DNA of 64,000 nt, from the NCBI GenBank assembly GCA_002633005.1, contig NMRA01000016.1, positions 861,874 through 925,873 on the forward strand, read 5' to 3'. A program made the position numbers and the translations under genes. The stretch comes from Phoronis australis. Lineage: Eukaryota; Animalia; Phoronida. This document shows positions 36,740-48,300 of the stretch, one piece after another (the stretch's first letter is position 1; each line of letters opens with the position of its first letter). Below the pieces are notes generated by a model. That model had not been told where the DNA came from, made no database searches, and saw only the letters and a program-made list of their open reading frames with translations.

Positions 36740-37085
36740 AGAAAACATCAATGGTTTTAAGTCGACTTGACATGTTTCGGTTATTCAAACACCATCATCA
36801 GAAGAGAATGCAGTGGCCACCTAGCTAGGCCCAGCAACAAGTAATGAAGCACAGCTACAGTCAGTTACAGGGAGTGACAATGAACTAGACCAACATTGAC
36901 AACCCGTGGTGTGCCAGTTGCCTATTGAGATTGGGCTTGCACCAACTGATGTGTTGAGCCTCTCGAATTTTAAGCTCCTTTGTTGTTACTGCCTGGTCTA
37001 TTATTGCAAAGTCATTGAAAGAGCATGTGATTGGAGCTCTGTAGGTGAATATTTACATGTGAACTTCTGTCAGAGACCAAACTCT
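36740..37085 (-). mobile_element. Penelope-like element 3' fragment: GIY-YIG C-terminus plus 3' region with hammerhead
   Basis: Minus strand LVSDRSSHVNIHL / CSFNDFAIIDQAVTTKELKIREAQHISWCKPNLNRQLAHHGLSMLV* (stop 36887-36885) matches the PLE endonuclease tail F.I.D....LKI.EA.HI...P.LN.Q. Confidence 0.8.
36766..36804 (-). ncRNA. Minimal type I hammerhead ribozyme (PLE-associated)
   Basis: CUU-CUGAUGA-U-GGU(GUUUGAAUA)ACC-GAAAC-AU-GUC-AAG: complete catalytic core, 3-bp stem I, stem II, palindromic ACAUGU stem III, and GUC cleavage triplet. Confidence 0.75.
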
Positions 37086-37178
37086 ACAAGCCAAAGTTTG
37101 TGTTATTTTGTGCTCTGAGAAGCTACCTTCGCCAACCAGCGATAGAAGTAGAATTTATAATCTATCTCGGTCATTGAG

Positions 37179-38505
37179 ATGCCCGGTCGGTGCGGTTTTG
37201 CAAATGTAGTTGAATTACGTAGATTTCCCGCTCGCTGCAAACATGTTGCGAGTGATGCTTTTGTAGTTCTAATATTACTCCGCACCTCCTCTGCATGCGT
37301 GGTTCAGGGCTTACTAGGTGAGGGTCATTTCTTTCCCGAACGTGTGTTTTGAAAGTCACGCATTAAGGTTATCAGGCGTTCTTTAATTTTTATCGCCCAG
37401 TTGCTGGAGTACATGTACACGGTAGGCTAGCCGATAAGTACACGATCTACGATTTTGATTACCATGGACAGTTGAGTTAGTATGGGCGCGGGAGCCTATG
37501 ACATCATCACAACGGCCTGACTACCTGACACGCAACGTTTTTTACATATGCAACGCTGACGTCATGGTGGTAGGGGTAGCGTTTTCGTGTATAGGGAAAA
37601 CATTAAAAATGCAAGTAAAAAGTTACATTTTTGCTTGTGTGAACGGCGAACTTTTGGAAACGATAGGTGCCATAGTGTACAAGAAACTTCTTAAAAACGT
37701 TAGTGAGCAATACTGTGAACGGACGAAAGTAAATATTATCGAAAACACTGACGTCACGACAGCATTATTATATCGCGCGGACGTGTGCACGGACGGCATT
37801 TGAAAATCAATAGGAAAATAATTTGTGTCATTGTGGACAGAGAAATTTTTGAAAACGATACAAAAACGATTCTGTTCATGTGGACGGGGAATGTTTCCAA
37901 AATGTAAGTTGCGTTTTGAAACAAAAACAGAGCCGTTGCTTTTCGTAGTACATCGTCACCCAGTTAGTTGTCTCATTCTCTCCCAGAAACACTTAGAAGC
38001 TAATTTGGAATCAACTTACAAATGGGACTCCTTACAGGAGTTTATAATACACACAAATAGTTATTATTACGTTGTAGGATTTGTGACAGCGCAAAGCTTT
38101 TCATTATTTATTAATAAATTAATAAAACCGTTATTTGGCAGGTTTGAAGAAAATAGCCTGACTTCAGAGTACACAGCTTCAAATTATCGTCGCATGAACT
38201 GAGCCGGGAAACGTGAACTCCAATTATCAGACGTGACAACCAAAGCGTCAACAAGAACTTTGGAAGATTTTTGTATTTCATATTTTCAGGTAAAACAATG
38301 TATTTTCGCCGTTCCGATCATTTTGGGAATTCTCCGTGTTTATTTGTTTCCAGATAGAGTCTTCCACCGATCGACTTCACGAAGTTTTGACTACAAGTAC
38401 GCTGCCGGCAGAAGGGACGGAAAGTACGACGCCACCTTACTGGGGTCGTCTTGGAGATTCCGCCACCTTGATTATAACCCTTGTCACTTCCTCTATGGGA
38501 AATAG
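37179..38505 (+). CDS. Candidate small secreted peptide precursor, 96 aa, 2 exons (37179-37317, 38354-38505)
   Basis: Donor CTAG|GTGAGG and acceptor TTTGTTTCCAG| are both phase 1. The product has hydrophobic AFVVLILL...VVQG, an internal GRR, and terminal LYGK*. Confidence 0.45.
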
Positions 38506-38851
38506 TCCATTAAGTCAAAAGTTTTAACTGGAAAATCACTAATTAAACTATTTTTCACAACACGTATGGTTATCCTTATCTTTATGGTTAAGACATAATT
38601 TTGTTGAATTTAGCCGGCTTGAACAGTTACATTCGTGCAAGGAAAAAAGGCCACCGCCACATTGTTTGGGGCGTACATGTAATCACTTTCCGTACCGATG
38701 TTGATGAGTCATCGAATAGGCTAACACGTCCCACTAAACCTGTGCATGGCATGGTCATTAGCCAGAATGAAAAGGCGATGCTGCGGTGTGACACTACTAA
38801 GTTTTCAAACGCTTTAACACTTACGTGGGCGGAGCACCATAGGTGACGGGG

Positions 38852-38871
38852 NNNNNNNNNNNNNNNNNNNN
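38852..38871. other. Assembly gap
   Basis: Run of 20 N. Confidence 0.99.
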
Positions 38872-39230
38872 GGGGCTATAGCTCCCACTTACTTCAGGGC
38901 TGGGCCGCACAAAACAGTGGGCGGCGCGCACCATTGGGCGCTGGGAGCCTTTAGATCCACGCTTATTTGGGTAGTGCGCAGCCCATGATTTAAGGCACTT
39001 GTTAACGAGAACTACCACGTTGTAAACTAAACGTACATGTAAGTTTCGTCACAGTAAACATGTCTGCATTACCTAAAGTTACCTTCTCTCCATAGGAAAT
39101 ACCCGAACTAGTGCAGATGCATGTTTGAACAAAGCAGCTCAACTAGACGGTAATTAAATTTATAGTTTATTTCAACTGAAACCGAGTATGTTTCTTAATC
39201 TGCTGATTTCAGAATCCCTCTTCGTTAGTG

Positions 39231-39300
39231 ATGGACATGAAGATCTGGTTTTTGTTGCTTCCGTTATTGAGCACTTGGCGAGTTGACGGACATCCCACAG
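39231..39300 (+). CDS. Signal-peptide exon of the Cys-module gene
   Basis: ATG 39231, hydrophobic IWFLLLPLL, perfect donor CAG|GTAAGT (phase 1), upstream acceptor TTTCAG at 39212. Confidence 0.75.
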
Positions 39301-42300
39301 GTAAGTTTCAAGAAGTATAGCTGTAAACGCATGAGTATCGAGTCCGGAAATGCCTTGTGCTCTCGGGGCCTTGGGGCGAGCAATCCACGCTTACGAGTAT
39401 GGAAAGGCAATACAGAAATCTTATAGGCCTACGTATTTTGATATTCTATATTCGTGGATCATTTTACCAGCGTACGCGAGTAAATGTACATGTAGTAGTG
39501 ATCGATGCTAACATTCATGTAATTGCGTGGACAGCGGGTTTGTCCGATGTGGCTCACAGCGCCATCTGGTCGTTTTAATTGCGTCATTTAAGATCTTTTA
39601 CTGGCAAAAGTAATAGATACATCTGTGGTTGAAATCAGTAAAATTAAAACTCATTATCATTCGCAAAAATGTGACTCCGAAATTTTCAGTAATTCTAGTC
39701 CTGGGAATAATTGGGTTCATCACTCAAAAGTCATTTCACTTGCATGGCGAATGTTTTTTTATAGTTATAAAAAGTTGTTTAGCGTTAATCCTTAGAACCC
39801 ATTATCGGACCTAGAGCACACTGTACTCATCTATAACGAATTGCTGTTAACTCGTAGATTTTAACTAATAAAACATCACTTTATCATTTCATGACCTCAT
39901 GGTCTGAGACAAGAAGTTGATGACAACAGGAAGTAGATCTGACTAAACTATCATTACGACTAAAGTCCAATACTCCGAATAAAACGTTTAATCGTACATC
40001 ACGTCACACCCTTCCCTTTCTAAACTGAAAGCTTATCTGAAGCGTCTGAACTAGAAAACTATGAACTAAGAACAAAGTCTGCGAATCGCTGTGGTGTACG
40101 TCTCGCGCGAGTCGATCGTCGTGGTTGGACTCCTTATGGACGAGCTCCAGAAATGTCCTCCTCTGGAGTTATTGGTGGTGACTCGGGTGTTGTTGACTCA
40201 GGTGGTGATTTGAGTGTTGTGTGGTCATCAGCCACCCTGGGCTCTTCTGTTTGCAAAAGATCTCGCCGATTCCTCGTATAGACTGTTGGTCCCACTTCGA
40301 TGCCGTAACTACGTGGACTGACCTGGTTGCGGCAGATTCCGGATTGTACACCTTCAGACGAACAGTATCACCAAGCTCAACTGTGGGTAGATCCTTTGCG
40401 ACTTCATCGTAATAGAAACGCTGTCGCTTTTTGCGTCCTTTTAGGTCTCGAATGTCACCTTCCTTGGTGTGTCGTGGCTCCAGTAAGCGATCTGTCATCG
40501 GTAACAAGGTGCAACATCTTCGTCCCATGAGACGTTCAGAGGGTCTTGTGGACATACCTTCAGTTGGTGTGTTACGCCAGTCAAGCAAAGCTTGAAATTC
40601 TGAGGTTTTGTCCGACTGACATTTCTTGAACAACCCATTCACCGTCTTTACTGCATTTTCTGCCTTGCCATTGGATTGCGCATTACGAGGGGATGACGTG
40701 TTATGCACGAAATTTCATTTTGCTGCAAACACTGCAAATTCTGCTGCACTGAACTGAGGCCCATTGTCGCTAAAGACCTCCTGTGGAACACCATGTACAG
40801 CGAATATTCTCATCATCTCTTTGATGACAGCTTTGGATGTCGTTGAAGATAAATTGGCGACTTCTATATAATTGCTGTAGAAATCCACCAACACAAGTAA
40901 AGTTCTCCCATTGAACTCACACAGGTCAGCTGCAATCTTCGCCCATGGTAATGTTATCACTGGATGTGTCTCCCTTGGTTGATTCGACCGATATGACAGA
41001 CATGTGTCACATTCTGTGATGAATTCCCTGATGTCAGCTGCCATGCCCGGCCAGTACATGGACTCTCTAGCCCATCGAATAGACCCCTCTATTCCAATGT
41101 GAGTTGAGTGTAGTTGCGACAACATTTGCCTCCTTATACTCCTGGGAATGATCACCTAGCATCCTCTAAACACCAAGGGTCCTTCGCACACCAGTTGGTC
41201 GAGCATACCAAAGTAGTGACGTAGAAGCTGGGAAACTCCTGTGCGTGTGCCTGGCCAGCCAGCATGAACCATCTTGTTCAGCTCCGAATGAACTGGGTCT
41301 TCGGCTGACTCTGCTGTTAATTGTCTCCAAAGGTCACTTGTCAAAGCATCCGATTCTTCTACATGGTTGACGGTCACTACCTCTTTCACCTCACTGGTAT
41401 CTTTAGGATATGCTCTACTTAGAGTATCCGCTAAGAAAAGGCTCTCTTCTTTAACATACGTAATAGTTAATGCATACTTCTGTAGCCTTAGGAACATGCG
41501 CTGTAGCCATTTCGGTGACTGATACAAGGGCTTCTTCGCAATCATTTCCAAGGGTTTGTGATCTGTGTTGACAGTCACCTGATCCTTACCATAGATGTAC
41601 ATTATGTGTTGAACCGCTCACAGGCAAAAACAATGGCTAATAGCTCTTTCTCAATTTGAGCATAGTTTTTCTCTGCTGACGTAAGTGCTCGAGATGCGGG
41701 TTGTCCATTCTGCGCCAAGTCCGGACTGGGATGCATCACACTGTATCGTCAGCCCTTCATCCAGGTTGTAGTATCGTAAAACGGGAGTACTTGCGATGGC
41801 CTGCTTGAGTTTATCGAATGCTATCACCTGTTGCAAACCCCAGGACCAAGGAACTTCTTTTCTTGTAAGCGCTCGCAAAGGTTCCACAATACTGGAGAGG
41901 TTGGGCAAAAACTTACCCAAGTATTGTGCCATGCCTAAGAGTATCTGGACACCCTTGACGTCTTCTGGAGACGGCATTTCCAAAACAGCTTGGATTTTAC
42001 TTGGGTCGGCCTGAATACCTTTGTCCGAGGCTATGTGACCGATAAATTCCACAGAGGATTGCCTAAACGTGAATTTCTTACAGTTCAGTACTACATGCTT
42101 GTCCTTGCATCGTTGTAAAAATGTAGAGAGATTGTTGTTGTGATCACGTACAGCTTCTTCTGTAGTGTCCCCAAAATCGACTGCCAGGAACCTCAACGCC
42201 ACTTAAACCTTGTATAAGCTCATGCGTTTTCCTCTGAAATACTGCTGACTTTATTCCAAAAGGGAGACGAAGCCATCTATATCTCCCAAAGGGTGTGTGG

Positions 42301-45300
42301 AAGGTTGTCAACCGGGATGGTTCTTCAGTTAAAGGTACATGCCAAAATCCTTTGGTCACGTCGAGCACAGAAAATACTTTTGCGTTGTGTATTCTGGTAG
42401 CGATGTCTTCCACTGTTGGCATCTCGTAGTGCTTTCGAAGAATGGCCTCATTCAGGTGTTTGGGGTCCAAACATATGCGCAGGTCATCGTCTTTTTTACG
42501 GACAACATCCATAGAGTTGGTCCGCTTTGTGGGCTCTTCAATCGGGGCAATGATCCCATCCTTGACAAGAATTTCCAGCTTCGCTTTCAAGGGTTCCCTG
42601 AGGGGTACTGGTACCCTGCGTGGTGCATGTTGTACAGCTGGCACGCTGTCATCCAGTATGATGCGGTGCTCCCTTCAAGCTTTCCCACCGTGTCACTGAA
42701 TACATCTGGGAATGCTTTTACAAAATCTTCTTTTGAAAATGGTTTTGATGCCGTCGCCGTGGTAATCTTGAATACCTTGGCATCCTTAGGGTAGGTTCGT
42801 CTCATATCGTCGTTGTCTGTGTATTCGAGTACTTTCAAACCAACGCACGTCTTCTCCCTTAGCAAGGGTCTTCCATTTGGATTGTCCACCACTGGATATC
42901 TGATGTTGCTTCTTCTATCAAATCTCGAAACACCGAGAATCACTCGACCCATAGTTGGAAGTTTGCTTCCTCCATAGGCCTCTATGCACGATGTCACTGA
43001 CTCCAGTTTGCCCAGTGTATGGTCACCCGTAGCTTCTTTGTAGATGTGGACTGGGATAAGTGATGTGTCAGCTCCACTGTCGATCTGAAACAGCACAAAA
43101 TTCCCGTTTTCAAGACAAAGTGTTATTATCTGTCGGGGCTAAAGCTCTCCCATATTGGAGATTGCGTACGTTTGGGGGTTGTCCTCTTCATACAATGCTT
43201 TGGCTTTCTTTTTTAGAATTTATTATCATTTATAAAACAGTACAAAAACAAACAAATAAGTACATCCATTCATTCACGCATGCACACCTCAGGAAAGACC
43301 ATTCCCGTATCTCGTTTAAAATATATAACTTCTACATGTAGTTAACGTGAACAACGAAATTTTCCCATTTCGCAGAGAAGCTGTCATATACATGTACAAA
43401 GTTTTGTATGCAATTAATTTTTCAGCATTGTACTACTCATAAATATATGTAATAAACCTATAAAAATTAGGTATATTTTTGTGACATCTCTCCTTGTAAA
43501 TGTACTGCTTGGCTATTAGAAGCAAAATGTTAAGTAGAAAATCATGCTTCTCGTAAAGTCCAAGAATAACTCGAGAGACTGTTGGGAAGCCGAATGCGAA
43601 ACTTTTGCATTAGCTGTCCGAATTCCTTCCAGAAATCTTGTACAATGCGACATTCCCAAAAAGGTGTGACAGCGTCTCTGGAGCTTTATTAGAAAAGGAA
43701 CATAAATTAAGATCCCGAACACGGATTTTGACTAAAAAGGTATTTGTTGCAATTATCCTGTGTAGTATTCTAAATTGGAGCCATCTAATGTTGGGATCCT
43801 TTGTAATTTCATAAGACAATGCATATATTTTCTTCCAGTTTAAACTATCTCCTAACTCTATTTCCCATTTACACTCTGACTTAGAAGGTTTCTTAACGTC
43901 ATTAAAGACTGAACAAATATGTCTACAACCCTTCAAATCTTTCCGTAAGTGAGTGATTGCTAAAGGCATGCAAGGAGCGTAGACAATAACACTTTTAAAT
44001 TTACTTTGAAATAGACTTTTTTGAAACCTTCTTAGACCGGAAATAACAGCATTATATTCTACAAAGTTGGTTTTTACATCGAACTTATTTTTCATATGGT
44101 TCAAACTAACGAAATCACCGTCAGAGGTATATGTACATACATGTATCTCTAATAAATCTTAAGCCTTTTACAAACCAAGGCTTACAAAAAAACACTTGTG
44201 CCTCCGATCGCCAAGTTACTATTAAGCCACAAAGGTTCATTCAAAAAGTCCTCTTTACTTGCAGTACTTTACTTCTTGTAGAAAGATGTCATACTTCCAA
44301 ATACTTCGCGCCAGTAAGAATTACCAATTAGAGCCAACTTCGACTTAATAAAGTCATCTCGAAATGAAGCAAAAGTCTTTAAGAACTGGTAGAGTGAGTA
44401 CAGTAATTCACCACTTTCAGACGCAGGGCTTTCAAGATATCTATGCTGAAAGTATGCATATTAATCGTTTGAAGTCCCCTTTGACCAAGTCCTAAACAGG
44501 CCGTGGTTCGTTTAATTTTATCATGACGAGTCTGTCACACAAATCTAAAAAATGTCTTCATCCAAGACTTTTACTGGTGGATTTGGTAAACTTGACAACA
44601 AAAAATTAAGATTAGAAATACTGTAGCTAATGTTTTAATTACCGTTACTCTACCAAACAGTCTTCTTTGTAGGTGCGTCACTACAGCATTTAACCGCAAA
44701 ATGATTATATTTTCTGCATTTATTGCATTGCTTTCCTGTCGTAGGACATTTTTCTTCATGCTTGAGTCCACAACTTTGGCACTCATGCTGTTTGCTCATC
44801 TGTGTCTGTTTTGTTCCTTTGGGTTAGCTGGTGTTTCTTTCTAGTGTTGACTGCATGGACGACCGTTGTAGCCTCTCCAACCAACTTTATCTGTGCTGAT
44901 GTTGATTCGGCCGCCCTGCAAATCTCATCGATTTTCTCATCGTCAGTGACGCTTCTCTGAGTAGGCGTTCACGTACCTTGGGATCTCTAATGCAGAATAC
45001 CAAACGATCTCTGAGTATGTCCTCTGGCGTGATGTTAGCAAACTCGCATCTCTCGGCCAATTTTCGCAAAGCTGCCTTGTACTGCTCGTAGGATTCGCCT
45101 GGTTCCTGTACACGCTTATTAATTAAAAGCAGTATCTCCCAAATGGGGTGTTCTTTTTTGGTTCGCTATACGCCGCAAGCCTGTCCATTACAGCACCAAT
45201 CTGTTCTTTTTCGGCATGTCATGTCGAAGGTATAGAAAAGATCTGTTGCTTCTTCTCCAATTACAGTAAGTAGTGTCGCTACCTGGACATTTTCCGGCTT

Positions 45301-48300
45301 CTTGTTTAGTTCTGATGCCAGCGAGTAATTCGCCCAAGCATTCCGGAATTTCCTCCATCCTTCTACCACATTGTTGGAGTGCAAATCCATGGGGGGTAGA
45401 CCATAGGCGTGGGCTATCGTGAGTTGCAATCTGAAACACCAGGGACGTCTTAAGCACGTCCTTAAAATCAAGTCAGAGTAAAAACTGGAATGGACTCACC
45501 AGATCAGGCTCACTAGTTGAAGGATAAATGAGCAAAACCGCAATTCTTTTTTATGAATTTGGTCTGCTCGTATCTTTAGTGGTTCATCAGGGTCCTGTTC
45601 ACGTTGCCACCATGTAACGAATTGCTGTTAACTCGTAGATTTTAACTAATAAAAACTCACTTTATTGTACCATGACCTCATGGTCTGAGACAGGAAGTTG
45701 ATGACAACAGGAAGTAGATCAGACTAAACTATCGTTACGACTAAAGTCCAATACTACGAAAATGCATATAAGGTGAGGCCGATAGTCGAGAATTCTTATT
45801 TCATTGTCCAGCAGCAAAAACCAATCCAAATTTAGAAGTGTTAATTTTTGTGGTCTCGGGCTTGTGCAAGGCACATTACAAGGCATATAGTATTTTCATT
45901 AAACATTGTGGTGCTTTACGTTGGGGAGTCGATACTGGTAAAAAATTTGCAAAGCTTGTGTTGTTTATTTTTTATTATAACAACTCATACAATTTTTTTA
46001 AAATGGGTTTCCGGGATACGCCCATGCAGCATACACTGTATTTGAAAATCGTGTACTCCTAAAATAGTCTTCAGGAAATAAATGAACACCAAAAGCTCAT
46101 AGCCAAATCATTCAGATGCAAATTATTTCTCAGTCTCTTATTGAAAAAACTCTCGTTATGTTCATGCATATCTTTCATGTGAATTTTTTACTAGAATGCC
46201 CGACCGCCTTGGTACGGATTTGAACTGTATTGTAGTGGTAAAATTAGAGGTACATGTAAGTAGGCGCCCAATGCCCACCGTAACACCTTGAGCACTGCAG
46301 TGCACTGCATTCGCTCTATAACGTAACTTACAGTGAGTACATGTAGGTGCTACGTTTAAATGCCAAAAGGTGGTTGGCTTCGCCTACGTGCGCCTACGCC
46401 CCACTACAGTACTGGATTTGAACAGGTAGATACATTCGGCGCTGCCAGATTTACGCCAGGACGTGCAGCATTTTGTGCTACTTTTGGTCCAAAATATCAT
46501 TTCACAAATATAATCCCCGGATTTATGAACGGAAATTTCGTCAATGTTCCTTATATCTCACTCGAATAGCTGTAGTCGCTGTATTGATCACTGATCCAAT
46601 TTAAAACCAGATAGCGCTGAAAAGCGAGTCGGATATTAGTTTCGTTTTGTAATGGCATATAGCATCTAAAATAGAAAAGCGCCATCAAGTGGCAGGAATG
46701 TGCATCATATTTTGTGCAACAAAAACACCTTTTTAAAAAATGTGCAAGTGTAGATGTGGGAACTTTTTGGAATTTGATTTATAGGTATATTATCTAGCCA
46801 CATAGAAAAAACTAGGTTGCCCCCCCAAAGTACTCACAAGGATGAACGCTATGAGATCTGGCCCACTGACTATGTGTTTTAGCGAAGTCCCAACGTTAAT
46901 GAACGGGTGTCTGGAATGCCAACTAAGATCTTGCGTGAATGTGGTTGCGCCGCTAATTTGTGGGACTTCTTTGCATTCTTTTGTTCCGATGTGGCTCCAA
47001 ACATTGTCGAAGGATTATTTGCTTGCGATTAGGAAATTGGGGAAGCCATTCTTTGGGTATTAGTGCTGCTCTCTAGGTGGTTACGGCATAACGCATGGTC
47101 TGGGGGGGGGCTATAGCCCCACGTTTTCAGTGCTAGGCCGCACATGGTCTACATGTATAGGCTGTGCACCAAAGGGGGACTGAGGGGCTTTAGCCCCCCA
47201 CCATTTTTTCAGTGCTGCGCCGCCCATGTAACGTTAAGTCATCCAAACGTGTTAAATTGATTTCAAAAGTTTTCTACCCCATTAAACAATATCCACATGA
47301 GCAGGACAAGGAAAATCACATAAATTCCTGAACCAGTGACCATCAAATTGAACATTGCGGCTTGAGAGAGACTCGACTTGAACGTTATCATATTGGACAA
47401 TTCACTCCAAGCGTGGCACACTTTTCGTCAGCAGAGCCGAGTACCGAACAAAACACTGAGGTAACGGGCTTGGTTTTTAAATTTTCAGACTGCAAATCAT
47501 TCACCTTGTCTTCATAACACTACCACTGCTGCCTGCATTGTACTTCAACTTTACCCCGAGCTATCATTTAATTTCGTGTTTCGCTGTTCCTAGGTTAATT
47601 GACACTATGTTATCCCTATGTCATGTTATCTTCAAATTTCTCATTGCCTCTTCTCAGCGAAACATGGTATTGGAATGAGCTGTGAGTCCACCGCCAAATG
47701 TAAAGACGACGAGATTGTAAACGGGACTTGTCTCATGTACAACAAGCGATGTGGTTGTATTGATGGATACTACGCCGAGTATGCCAGCAAGGATTGTAGA
47801 AAAGGTGGGTCACCAATCACGCTGTAAAAACGACATTAAAGACGCATGGAACGCAAAAACCTGTGCAAAATACATTTTAAACAGATTGTGACGAGTCTAC
47901 CTCGTGGGGAGGTTAACGTGAATGTTGTTCACTTAGAATAGAGAAAGGATTTCTGAATTTACTGATGTCAGCTTGTTCCTGACGCAGACGAGAATTGGTT
48001 TATGGACTGAGAGTTAGTTATTGTTTGTGATCCTGATCACTGCCACGTCACGACAAGCCACTGAATCTTTCGTTTTTATCCGAGTCCAGAAATCACCGCT
48101 TATTTGGCTAAGGAACTACTTGAAACCATTTTCATGAGAGTAGGTGCTCACACAGGTAGATGATCTAACTCGAACATAATCTTATCGGAATAAGGCTACG
48201 CATTACAGCCGCTTTAAATTTTAGTTGTTGGCCACTTCAATCCTATTGTTGTCAAAAGGTGTGGAATTGAACCCCTCCCCCCCCCCCCTTGGNAGTGCCA

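Larger units (their letters stand above)
39832..45760 (-). mobile_element. Decayed Ty3/Gypsy LTR retrotransposon (gag-PR-RT-RH-IN), antisense in the intron after the signal exon
   Basis: LTRs at 45613-45760 (truncated) and 39832-40008, PBS TGGTGGCAACGTG at 45612-45600, PPT AGAAAGGGAAGGG at 40021-40009. It also has a gag CCHC knuckle, protease [19 protein letters not shown], RNase H CDAS/TDHKPL, and integrase HHCC, SDNGP and GKAE in Gypsy order. Confidence 0.95.
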
